Origin: Thermoanaerobaculia bacterium
GTDB lineage: Bacteria > Acidobacteriota > Thermoanaerobaculia > Gp7-AA8
DNA: 56,911 bases
Reading direction: 5' to 3'
NCBI GenBank assembly: GCA_051305935.1
Contig: JBPPMG010000529.1
Coordinates: 1 to 56,911 of the forward strand
The notes beneath the pieces are model-generated. The model had not been told where the DNA came from and made no database searches. It saw nothing but the letters and a program-made list of their open reading frames with translations. Made by a program: the position numbers and the translations under genes. The stretch's first letter is position 1. Each line of letters opens with the position of its first letter. This document shows, in pieces, positions 37,914 through 46,016 of the stretch.

Positions 37914-37955
37914 GTGACGATAGTCACAGTGCCGGTTGAGCGTCACGATTGTGAC
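37914..37955. promoter_or_regulatory. Two 14-bp dyads (GTGACGATAGTCAC and GTCACGATTGTGAC), candidate Crp/Fnr-family operators
   Basis: GTGA-N6-TCAC at 37914..37927 and the inverted arrangement at 37942..37955, with centres 28 bp apart. They lie about 100-130 bp upstream of the usp ATG, in the divergent region shared with the Crp/Fnr gene. Confidence 0.35.
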
Positions 37956-38047
37956 GGGAGCCGCTCGGATGGGTGACTCACGGACTCGCTGGAGGTCAGT
38001 CGCGGGACACATATTGAAGGCGGGCCCTTGCCCGGAAAGGAGAAGTC

Positions 38048-38965
38048 ATGGACGGCTTCCTTCCGAAACGTGTTCTCGTTCCCGTCGACTTCACCGACAC
38101 CTCCACCGTTGCCCTCGCCGCGGCCCGGAGGTTCGCCTCCGGATACGGCGCGGAGATCCTGGCGCTGTTCGCCGACACGTTCGTGCCACCGATCGCCTAC
38201 GCCGACATCCCCGTCGGCTGGTACGACGAGAATCTGGGCGCGCTGCAGAACGCTGCATCCACGCGCCTCGCCGACTACCTGCGCGAGCACGTCGGCGAAG
38301 AGGTGCGATGGGAGGCCCGTGTCGTCACCGACTCCCCGGTTCACGCGATTCTCAAGACGGCCAACGAATGGAGGCCCGACGCGATCGTGATGGGAACCCA
38401 CGGCTGGTCGGGCTGGCGCCGCGCCCTGCTCGGCTCGATCGCGGAATCGGTGCTGCATGAAGTGGACGTACCCGTCATCACCGTGAGACATCGCACCGAG
38501 GCGCCCGCGGAGGACCACGGCCGAATGAAGCGTCTGCTCTGCCCGGTCAACTACAGCGATGTCGCGCGCGACGCGATGATCGTCTCCGGCTCGGTCGCCG
38601 AGAGGTTCGACGGCGAGATCTACGTCGTCCACGTCGTGGAGGCAGGGCGCAACGAGCCTCACGCCGGAGATCTCGAGGCGCTTCGCGAATGGATTCCGCA
38701 CGATATCCGCCACCGCTGCCTCTACAAGGAGCTCGTCATCAGCGGCCGCGCCGCCGAGACGATCATCGACCTCGCCGCAAAACTCGAGACCGACATGATC
38801 GTGGTCGGCGCGCAGCACCGTCGTTTCGTCGACACCACCGTCATCGGAACGACTACCGAGCGGATCCTGCGCCACGCGCACTGCCCGGTCATGACCGTGA
38901 TCCGCAAGGTCGAGGTGCCGGAGACGGAGACGCGGGCCGAGAACCGGGTCGCGACCGCCGGTTGA
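38048..38965 (+). CDS. Tandem universal stress protein (two UspA domains)
   Basis: ATG after AGGAG. Each half shows the Usp pattern (VLVPVDFTDTS..MGTHGWSGWRRALLGSIAESVLHEVDVPVITV and LLCPVNYSD..VVGAQHRRFVDTTVIGTTTERILRHAHCPVMTV). Confidence 0.8.
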   Translation: MDGFLPKRVLVPVDFTDTSTVALAAARRFASGYGAEILALFADTFVPPIAYADIPVGWYDENLGALQNAASTRLADYLREHVGEEVRWEARVVTDSPVHAILKTANEWRPDAIVMGTHGWSGWRRALLGSIAESVLHEVDVPVITVRHRTEAPAEDHGRMKRLLCPVNYSDVARDAMIVSGSVAERFDGEIYVVHVVEAGRNEPHAGDLEALREWIPHDIRHRCLYKELVISGRAAETIIDLAAKLETDMIVVGAQHRRFVDTTVIGTTTERILRHAHCPVMTVIRKVEVPETETRAENRVATAG

Positions 38966-38991
38966 AGGCCGTGCGGACTACCATAGGGAGG

Positions 38992-39390
38992 ATGTACGAG
39001 ATTCTCCCGCACACTGCCGACCTCCGCGTCCGGCTCGTGGCCGCCTCGCTTCCCTCGCTTTTTCTCGAGGCAGCCGGGGCGCTCGTCGAGATCGTGCGGC
39101 CTCGGCCCGCCCCGGGAATCGGGGCATCGATCAATCTGAACGTGACGGCTCACGACGCGACGGCGCTGCTCGTCGACTTTCTCAACGAGCTGCTGCTCCT
39201 GCTCGAGACGCGCCACCTCGTGGCCGTCGAAATCGACTTTCCCGTCTTCGGCGAACAGCACCTGGTCGCCTCGATCACGATGCGCGCGGTCGAAGGTTGG
39301 GAGCGTGACGTGAAGGCAGTCACCTACCACGAAGCAGAGATCCGGAGCGCCGATGGCGAGTGGTCGACAACGCTGGTCTTCGATATCTGA
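38992..39390 (+). CDS. Archease
   Basis: ATG at 38992 after GGGAGG. MYEILPHTADLRV at the N-terminus and VKAVTYHEAEI near the C-terminus are archease hallmarks. Lies immediately upstream of rtcB. Confidence 0.85.
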   Translation: MYEILPHTADLRVRLVAASLPSLFLEAAGALVEIVRPRPAPGIGASINLNVTAHDATALLVDFLNELLLLLETRHLVAVEIDFPVFGEQHLVASITMRAVEGWERDVKAVTYHEAEIRSADGEWSTTLVFDI

Positions 39391-39399
39391 AAGGAGCCA

Positions 39400-39525
39400 C
39401 GCGAAATGCGGATTGCGGAACGCGGAATGCGGAATGAAAAGCAGAGCGGACGTTCGGCCACCTGATCGGGTTGCCGAACCCGTTGCCTGCTCTTCGCCTC
39501 TCGCCCCTCGCCTCTCGCCTCTTCA
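39400..39525. repeat. Composite element in the archease-rtcB spacer: 5 heptamers (TGCGGAA-type), a ~56-bp core with hairpin, then 5 heptamers (CTCTCGC-type)
   Basis: Phased by hand. Left array 39400..39434, right array 39491..39525. The core hairpin is GTTCGGC (39452..39458) with GCCGAAC (39473..39479). The array ends 3 nt before the rtcB ATG. Confidence 0.85.
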
Positions 39526-39528
39526 AAC

Positions 39529-40932
39529 ATGAAGAAATCGATGCTCGAACGCGTTTCCGACTCCCTCTGGGAGATTCCACGCAGCTATCGCGCGGACATG
39601 CGTGTGCCTGCCCGCTTCTACGCGTCCGAAGCAATGCTCGAGGACATCCTCGGCGATCGCTCGCTCGAGCAACTCGTCAATGTCGCGACACTTCCCGGCA
39701 TCCGTCGCTTCGCGATCGCGATGCCCGACGCTCACGAGGGCTATGGTTTTCCGATAGGAGGCGTCGCCGCGTTCGATCTCGAGGAAGGCGTGATCTCACC
39801 GGGTGGAATCGGCTACGACATCAATTGCGGCGTCCGGATGCTGCGCTCGACGCTGAGACAGCGCGACGTCTCGCCGAAGCTCGACGCGCTCGTCCAGCGC
39901 CTCGCGCGCGAGATTCCATCGGGAGTCGGACGTGGCGGAATTCTGCGCCTTGGCGAAGCCGACCTCGATCTGGTGCTGGCCCGCGGCGCGCAGCGCATGG
40001 TCGAGCTCGGCTACGGTCGGGAGGCGGATCTCGATCGCACCGAATCGAGAGGCTCGCTCCGTGAGGCCGATCCCGCGCTCGTCTCACGACAGGCGAAGCA
40101 GCGCGGGAACGACCAGCTCGGAACCATGGGTGCCGGCAATCACTTCGTGGAAGTCGACGTCGTCGACCGGATCTACGATGCCGACGCGGCAGCGCTGCAC
40201 GAAGTCACCGAGGGCCAGGTCGTGATGCTCATCCACACCGGGTCGCGCGGTCTCGGGCACCAGATCGCGACCGACTCCCTGAAGACGATGACGCGCGCGA
40301 TGGTGAAGCACGGCGTTCGCATCCCCGACCGAGAGCTCGCCTGCGTGCCGTTTCGCTCGTCCGAGGGGAGCGACTACTTCGGAGCGATGAGCGCGGGCGC
40401 GAACTTCGCGTGGGCGAACCGGCAGCTCATCACCTGGGAAGCACGCCGCGCGTGGCATGCGGTCTTCGGAGCCGCAGGAGGCGAGCTCGAGCTCGTCTAC
40501 GACGTCGCGCACAACATCGCCAAGATCGAGGAGCACATGATCGGCGGCCACTCGAAGCGCGTCGTCGTCCACCGCAAAGGGGCTACGCGCGCGTTCGCGG
40601 GGCAGCCGGTGCTGATCCCGGGAAGCATGGGCACGGCGTCCTACCTGCTTGCCGGCCAACGCGAGGCGATGGACGAGAGCTTCGGTTCAGCGTGCCATGG
40701 CGCGGGACGGAGAATGTCGCGATCGAGGGCGAAGCGGGAGGTCGACGCGGGCGAGTTGAGGGCGAGGCTGCAGCGCGACGGCATCGCGGTTCACGCGGGT
40801 TCGAGCGCGGGCCTCGTCGAGGAAGCGCCGGAGGCCTACAAGGACGTGGACGAGGTCGTCGACGTCGTGCACCGCGCGGGGATCGCGACGAGGGTCGCGA
40901 GACTGAGGCCGATCGCGGTCGTCAAGGGATGA
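39529..40932 (+). CDS. rtcB: RNA 3'-phosphate ligase RtcB
   Basis: MPDAHEGYGFPIGGV, GYDINCGVR, GAGNHF, HTGSRGLGHQ and CHGAGR are RtcB metal and active-site motifs. 467 aa. Confidence 0.9.
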   Translation: MKKSMLERVSDSLWEIPRSYRADMRVPARFYASEAMLEDILGDRSLEQLVNVATLPGIRRFAIAMPDAHEGYGFPIGGVAAFDLEEGVISPGGIGYDINCGVRMLRSTLRQRDVSPKLDALVQRLAREIPSGVGRGGILRLGEADLDLVLARGAQRMVELGYGREADLDRTESRGSLREADPALVSRQAKQRGNDQLGTMGAGNHFVEVDVVDRIYDADAAALHEVTEGQVVMLIHTGSRGLGHQIATDSLKTMTRAMVKHGVRIPDRELACVPFRSSEGSDYFGAMSAGANFAWANRQLITWEARRAWHAVFGAAGGELELVYDVAHNIAKIEEHMIGGHSKRVVVHRKGATRAFAGQPVLIPGSMGTASYLLAGQREAMDESFGSACHGAGRRMSRSRAKREVDAGELRARLQRDGIAVHAGSSAGLVEEAPEAYKDVDEVVDVVHRAGIATRVARLRPIAVVKG

Positions 40933-40954
40933 GGCGACACACCGGCCGAACGGC

Positions 40955-40982
40955 GCAGGGGCACGGTGAGCCGTGCCCCTGC
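40955..40982. terminator. 12-bp perfect hairpin between convergent rtcB and FKBP genes
   Basis: GCAGGGGCACGG, loop TGAG, CCGTGCCCCTGC. There is no clear U tract on either side. Confidence 0.45.
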
Positions 40983-40991
40983 AGTGGTCGG

Positions 40992-41786
40992 TTACTCGAT
41001 GGAAAGGAGCTCGACGTCGAAGACCAGAGTGCCCCTGGGCTCCTGCTTCCCTTCGTACGCCATGCTCTCCGGGATCCAGAAACGGCGGCGCTCGCCGACG
41101 ACCATCATCTGAAGGCCTTCCGTCCAGCCGCGAATCACCTGGTTGAGCTGGAACTTTGCCGGAGTGCGCTGATTGAATGACGTGTCGAACATCGTCCCGT
41201 CGGTCTTCCAGCCGATGTAGTTCACCGTGACGAGGCTCATCGGGTCAGGATGCACCTTTCCGGTCCCCGGCCGCATCACCTTGGATCGCAATCCTCCGCG
41301 ACCCTTCTCCGCGTCGTCAGGCGGCGCTGCGACATCCGCGGGCGCGGTGAGGCTCTGGAAATCGAGCAGCTCGATGTCGAACACGAGCATGCCGGCCGGG
41401 GCGCCGCTGCGTCCCTTGTAAGCGAGCTCTTCCGGAATCCAGAGCCGGCGCTTCTCGCCGGTAACCATCAGGGGAATGCCCTCACCCCAGCCGGAGATGA
41501 GCCGGTTCAGCGGGAACGTGATCGGCACGCCGCGCTTGACCGAGCTATCGAACATCTTTCCGTCGGTTGTCCAGCCCGTGTAGTGCACGGTGATGATGCT
41601 GCTGAGTGACGCGTGTTCCGTGCCGGTGCCCTTTTCAAGCACCTTCGAGGCGAGCCCCGACGGGAGTTTCTCGGCGTCATCGGGAATGGCCGCGACGTCG
41701 GCAGGCGCGGGAATGTCTTCCGCAACGGCGGCGAATGCGCCGCATGCGATGAGAACGGTAGCGAGGAGTGTGCGCATCATTTTCAT
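40992..41786 (-). CDS. Secreted tandem FKBP-type peptidyl-prolyl cis-trans isomerase
   Basis: Start taken at ATG 41786 (MKMMRTLLATVLIACGAFAAVA signal). Two FKBP modules are present (HYTGWTTDGKMFDSS..LISGWGEGI and NYIGWKTDGTMFDTS..VIRGWTEGL). Confidence 0.8.
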   Translation of the reverse strand: MKMMRTLLATVLIACGAFAAVAEDIPAPADVAAIPDDAEKLPSGLASKVLEKGTGTEHASLSSIITVHYTGWTTDGKMFDSSVKRGVPITFPLNRLISGWGEGIPLMVTGEKRRLWIPEELAYKGRSGAPAGMLVFDIELLDFQSLTAPADVAAPPDDAEKGRGGLRSKVMRPGTGKVHPDPMSLVTVNYIGWKTDGTMFDTSFNQRTPAKFQLNQVIRGWTEGLQMMVVGERRRFWIPESMAYEGKQEPRGTLVFDVELLSIE

Positions 41787-41825
41787 GGCGCGTAGAGTGC
41801 TACGGAAGCTACCCGGTTGCAACAG

Positions 41826-41870
41826 GAAAAATTGAATGAAACGGCCCGGCGAGGATGAGTCGCCGGGCCG
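41826..41870 (-). terminator. Intrinsic terminator after the COG2403-like gene
   Basis: 11-bp perfect stem CGGCCCGGCGA (41842..41852) with TCGCCGGGCCG (41860..41870). On the minus strand it is followed by TTTCATTCAATTTTT. Confidence 0.65.
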
Positions 41871-41881
41871 GAAATCATGTC

Positions 41882-43198
41882 TCAGCGGCTGACGGCCGCG
41901 AGGATCATCGAGCGAAGCGCCGGATCGTCGACATCCAGCTCGTAGCCCGCGCGGACCATCGGCTTCTCGATCTTCAGGATCCGCGTCAGGTCGATCGGCG
42001 TTCCGATCACGACGACGTCACACGGCGTGCGGCGGATCGTCTCCTCGAGGTCCTCGATCTGCTTCGGCCCGTATCCCATCGCCGGGAGAATCCCCTGGGC
42101 ATTCGGATACTTCGCATAGGTCGCAGCGATCGAATCGACGGCGTACGGCGTCGGGTCTACGATCTCCGCGGCGCCCGCGGCGCGCGCGGCGACGACACCG
42201 GCGCCGAAACTCATCCCGCCGTGCGTGAGGGTCGGGCCGTCTTCGATGACGAGAGCCTTCTTCCCCTTCACCATTCCGGGATCGGACAGGGTCACCGGCG
42301 ACTTCGCCCGGATCACCTTCGCGCTCGGATTCAACCGTCGCGCCGCGTCCTCGATCGCTCCGATGTTCTTCTCGTCGGCCGTGTCGCACTTGTTGATGAT
42401 GATGACGTCGGCGCGAAGGAAGTTCGTCTCGCTGGGGTAGTACGAAGTCTCGTGCCCGGCCCGGTGCGGGTCGGCGATGCAGATGTAGATCGACGGCTTG
42501 TAAAACGGCATGTCGTTGTTTCCGCCGTCCCAGAGCACGATGTCTGCTTCCTGCTCCGCCGCGGCGAGGATCTGCCCATAATCGACACCCGAGTAAACGA
42601 CGAACCCGTTTGCGATGTGCGGCTCGTACTCTTCGCGCTCCTCGATGGTGCACTTCTCCGTCGTCAGATCCTCGAAGTTGGCGAAACGCTGGCACGCCTG
42701 CTTCGCAAGGTCACCGTAAGGCATCGGATGGCGGACCGCGACGACCTTCTTCCCGGTCTCCTTCACGATCCGCGAGATCCAACGCGTCGTCTGGCTCTTT
42801 CCCGATCCGGTGCGGACCGCGGTGATCGCGACCACCGGTTTCTTCGACTCGATCATCGTGCGATCGGCGGCAAGAAGCCAGAAGTCGGCGCCGCGGGCGT
42901 TGCAGAGAGCCGCCATGTGCATGACGTGCGCGTACGACACGTCCGAGTACGAGAACACGCACGCGTCGATCTTCTTCTCTTTGATCAGCGACTCGAGCTC
43001 CTTCTCGTCGACGATCGGGATCCCTTTCGGATACCGAGCGCCCGCGAGGACGGCCGGATAGGTTCGGCCCTCGATGCCGGGGATCTGGGTTGCCGTGAAC
43101 GCGACTACCTCCATGGTGGGGTCGTCGCGGAACACCGTATTGAAGTTGTGGAAGTCTCGTCCGGCTGCGCCGAGAATGGCGATACGCTTCGGTAGCAT
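41882..43198 (-). CDS. COG2403 P-loop protein (cyclic 2,3-diphosphoglycerate synthetase-like)
   Basis: ATG at 43198 after AGGAGG. P-loop AVRTGSGKSQTT. Overall collinearity, from memory, with the family annotated as cyclic 2,3-DPG synthetase or predicted GTPase. The function is not established. Confidence 0.55.
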   Translation of the reverse strand: MLPKRIAILGAAGRDFHNFNTVFRDDPTMEVVAFTATQIPGIEGRTYPAVLAGARYPKGIPIVDEKELESLIKEKKIDACVFSYSDVSYAHVMHMAALCNARGADFWLLAADRTMIESKKPVVAITAVRTGSGKSQTTRWISRIVKETGKKVVAVRHPMPYGDLAKQACQRFANFEDLTTEKCTIEEREEYEPHIANGFVVYSGVDYGQILAAAEQEADIVLWDGGNNDMPFYKPSIYICIADPHRAGHETSYYPSETNFLRADVIIINKCDTADEKNIGAIEDAARRLNPSAKVIRAKSPVTLSDPGMVKGKKALVIEDGPTLTHGGMSFGAGVVAARAAGAAEIVDPTPYAVDSIAATYAKYPNAQGILPAMGYGPKQIEDLEETIRRTPCDVVVIGTPIDLTRILKIEKPMVRAGYELDVDDPALRSMILAAVSR

Positions 43199-43408
43199 GA
43201 AAAAGCCTCCTTTTGGCCCGGGCAAGGCTCTCACGGGGCCGGATGCGAACGGGGTGACGCCGTTCACCCTGCGGTGTGACCGAGGCTTTCCGGGGTTCCC
43301 TCGGAATTCAGAATCTCTCGGCCGGGTTGACCGGTCCTATAACTAAAGTTGCCACAATATGGGAAACTTGCGCTCGGGTGCGCTATGCCCCGGCGCTCCG
43401 AAGGATCA

Positions 43409-43822
43409 ATGACCGAACAGCACGAATCGCGTAAGGGACTCGAGGGGCTTCGTGTCGCTCTCGTCGATGACGAGCGCCTGACGCTCAAGCTCCTCTCCGC
43501 GCTGCTCACGCGGGAAGGCGCGATCGTCACGACCTTCACGAACGCCGACGAGTTGCTGCAGAGGCACGAGTTCGAGGCGTACGACATCCTGCTCAGCGAC
43601 ATGCACATGCCGATCTGCGACGGGCATTCGCTCATTCGCGAGATCCGCAAGCTCCCCTCGGAGCAGGGTGGGACGATCCCCGCCATCGCGCTCACCGCGT
43701 ACGCGCAGCACGACGTGCTGGCCCGGGCCATCGCCGAGGGGTTCAACATGTACATGACGAAGCCGGTGAATCCGAAGGAGCTCGTCGCAGCGGTCCGCCG
43801 TCTGCTGGGGCTGCACAAGTAG
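43409..43822 (+). CDS. Single-domain response regulator (CheY-like receiver)
   Basis: VALVDDE, DILLSDMHMP (phospho-acceptor Asp) and ALTAYA..YMTKP. Start taken at ATG 43409 after GAAGGA. The track start at 43349 is TTG. Confidence 0.8.
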   Translation: MTEQHESRKGLEGLRVALVDDERLTLKLLSALLTREGAIVTTFTNADELLQRHEFEAYDILLSDMHMPICDGHSLIREIRKLPSEQGGTIPAIALTAYAQHDVLARAIAEGFNMYMTKPVNPKELVAAVRRLLGLHK

Positions 43823-43829
43823 GCGAGTT

Positions 43830-43850
43830 CGGATTTCGGATTTCGGAATT
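43830..43850. repeat. Short heptamer array CGGATTT CGGATTT CGGAATT
   Basis: Read directly, 8 nt after the response-regulator stop codon. The flanks are degenerate (GCGAGTT before it). Confidence 0.7.
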
Positions 43851-43869
43851 GAACGGCGGAGATTCGCTG

Positions 43870-43890
43870 AAGCTGGCATGGCCGGCTTTT
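43870..43890 (+). terminator. Possible intrinsic terminator
   Basis: AAGCTGGC, loop ATG, GCCGGCTT (one G-U pair), followed by TT(TT). Confidence 0.35.
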
Positions 43891-43980
43891 CACTCGCCGC
43901 ATAGTTCCGTCCTTTCGTGCCTCGCACTCCGCTGTCCACCTTTCCCGGCCGGCCGCGTATTCAGAGGTCAAGGAGCCACC

Positions 43981-44901
43981 ATGACCTCGAGATCGATCCA
44001 ACCACTTCGCTTCCTCTCGCTGGCGCTGACGATCGCCTCTCTCGCGATCGTCGCGCAGGCACAGCCGGCGGCCACCACCACGACCGCAACCGCCACGGCC
44101 TCCACCGAGATGACGACGACCTCCGCCGAGTTCGACAGCCGCGCGACGCGCGAAGAGCTCAACGTCCTCCTCGACCGCCACCCGCGCCAGGTCGGGGTCA
44201 TGCTGAAACTCGACCCGACGCTCTTCAGGAACGAGGGATGGATCGCGGCCTACCCTGCCCTTCGCGAATTCGTCGCGGAGCACCCCGAGGTCGTGCAGAA
44301 CTCGGCGTACTATCTCGAGCGCATCTGGGTCCCGGGCGATGAGGCGCCGGAGCCCGCGGCGGTCCGGACCACTCGCCAGTTGATGGAAGGTGTGCAGGTC
44401 TTCGTCGTAATGCTTACCTTTCTCTTCGCGGGAAGCTGGCTGATCCGCACAGTTCTCGAGCACCGCCGCTGGAGCCGCGTCTCGCGCGTGCAGACCGATC
44501 TCTACAACAAGCTGCTCGACCGCTTCACTTCGCACGAAGACCTCATGCGCTACGTGCAGAGCGAAGCGGGAAAGAACTTCATCCAGTCGGCGATCTCGCC
44601 GATCTCGACGGGGAGCGCCCCTCCGATCGCGGCGCCCGTTGGCCGCATTCTCTGGTCGGCCCAGGCAGGAATCGTGCTCGTGATGCTCGGCGCCGGCCTC
44701 CAGTTCGTCAGCGGGCGTCTCCATGCCGACGTCGCGGGATCGGTCTCCACCCTTGGCGTGCTCGCGCTCTGCGCCGGCCTCGGGTTCGCGCTTTCCGGGC
44801 TCGTCGCCTGGATCGTCTCCCGCCGGCTCGGCATCCTCCCGCCTCCTCCGGAGTCGATTGAAACAGAGCTGCCATCACCGCGTACACTTGGCGAGAGATG
44901 A
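43981..44901 (+). CDS. Hypothetical membrane protein (signal peptide, Thr/Ala-rich linker, about 3 TM helices)
   Basis: ATG at 43981 after AGGAG. Signal LRFLSLALTIASLAIVAQAQ. Its stop overlaps the ECF sigma start (ATGA). I recognise no family. Confidence 0.5.
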   Translation: MTSRSIQPLRFLSLALTIASLAIVAQAQPAATTTTATATASTEMTTTSAEFDSRATREELNVLLDRHPRQVGVMLKLDPTLFRNEGWIAAYPALREFVAEHPEVVQNSAYYLERIWVPGDEAPEPAAVRTTRQLMEGVQVFVVMLTFLFAGSWLIRTVLEHRRWSRVSRVQTDLYNKLLDRFTSHEDLMRYVQSEAGKNFIQSAISPISTGSAPPIAAPVGRILWSAQAGIVLVMLGAGLQFVSGRLHADVAGSVSTLGVLALCAGLGFALSGLVAWIVSRRLGILPPPPESIETELPSPRTLGER

Positions 44902-45482
44902 CGACGACGACCGTGACCCGCGAGCTCGCGTTGCTCCGTGACGCAAAGGACGAGACCGTCGAGGTCTCGTCCGCGCTCATGGACGAGGACACGTTTCGGG
45001 CGTTTTACGAGCGGACGTCGCGAGGCCTCTGGCTCTACCTCACGCGCATCTCGGGCGACCGGCAGCTCGCTGACGACCTTCTGCAGGAGACCTACTACCG
45101 CTTCTACCGCGCCGGCGCGACGTACGAGAGCGACTGCCATCGGAGAAACTCCCTCTACCGGATCGCCACCAACCTTGCGCGCGACGCGCATCGCCGCCGC
45201 GGCGGGGTCGTCAGCACCGAGATCGACGAGTCGGTCGGAGCGACGGTGGAACACGGCATGGACGAGCGAACCGATCTCGCGCGCGCATTCGAGCGCCTCA
45301 AGCCAAAGCAGCGCGAGATGCTCTGGCTCGCTTACGCGAACGGATCGTCGCACGGCGAGATCGCCGACCTCGTGGGCGTGGCTCCGGGAAGCGTGAAGGG
45401 GCTGCTGCGTCGCGCGCGGATGAGACTCGCCGAGATCCTCGGTGGTGCCCACCGCGGCGGGATGGGGAGCTCACGGCGATGA
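44898..45482 (+). CDS. ECF-type RNA polymerase sigma-70 factor
   Basis: Region 2 DLLQETYYRFYR and region 4 HTH SHGEIADLVGVAPGSVKGLLRRARMRL. Confidence 0.85.
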   Translation: MTTTTVTRELALLRDAKDETVEVSSALMDEDTFRAFYERTSRGLWLYLTRISGDRQLADDLLQETYYRFYRAGATYESDCHRRNSLYRIATNLARDAHRRRGGVVSTEIDESVGATVEHGMDERTDLARAFERLKPKQREMLWLAYANGSSHGEIADLVGVAPGSVKGLLRRARMRLAEILGGAHRGGMGSSRR

Positions 45483-45988
45483 CGGAAGCGCGTTGTCCGC
45501 ACGAAGTCGAGTTGCTCGACTCGCTCGCGAGCGGCAGATGGCCGCAAGCGTGCGAGGCGGAACTGCGGGATCACGTCGCCGCCTGCCGCGAATGCGGCGA
45601 TCTCGCGCTCGTGGCCGAATCGATCGCGCGCGACCGGCGCGATGTCGAGCACGACATCAGCGTCCCGACCTCCGGCGCGATCTGGTGGCGCATGCAGATG
45701 CGCATGGAGCGCGAGTCGAGACTGGCCGCGGCACGCACGGCCCGTCGCGCCCACTCGTCCATCGTCGCGGTGACGGTCGCCTCCCTGCTTCTCGTCCTCG
45801 CGACGACTTCGTTGCTGCGCGCCGGATGGACATGGCTCGCGTCGGCGATTCCCTCGGCGATTCCCTCGGCGAATGAATTGACCTCAATGATGCAGGCGGC
45901 GCCATCTCTCCCGATCCTCGCCCTCGTCTCGGTCGCCGCCCTCGTCGTCACCCCGGTCGTGCTGTACTTCGCGGTCGCCGAGGAGTAG
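45479..45988 (+). CDS. Anti-sigma factor (zf-HC2) with two TM helices
   Basis: HVAACRECG (Hx3CxxC) near the N-terminus, then hydrophobic helices. ATGA overlap with the sigma gene. Confidence 0.7.
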   Translation: MTEARCPHEVELLDSLASGRWPQACEAELRDHVAACRECGDLALVAESIARDRRDVEHDISVPTSGAIWWRMQMRMERESRLAAARTARRAHSSIVAVTVASLLLVLATTSLLRAGWTWLASAIPSAIPSANELTSMMQAAPSLPILALVSVAALVVTPVVLYFAVAEE

Positions 45989-46016
45989 CCCGCCGCAGCG
46001 ATTCGATCGAGCCCGC

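Noticed and set aside
43321-43360. A promoter for the response-regulator gene (TTGACC at 43327 with nearby TATAAC/TAAAGT/CACAAT)
   Set aside because: No -10-like hexamer lies at a 16-19 nt spacing from the -35-like hexamer.
43264-44724. 486-aa minus-strand ORF across the response-regulator and membrane-protein genes; also 41855..43195 on the plus strand, opposite the COG2403 gene
   Set aside because: They are antisense to better-supported genes that have ribosome-binding sites. No motifs are present.
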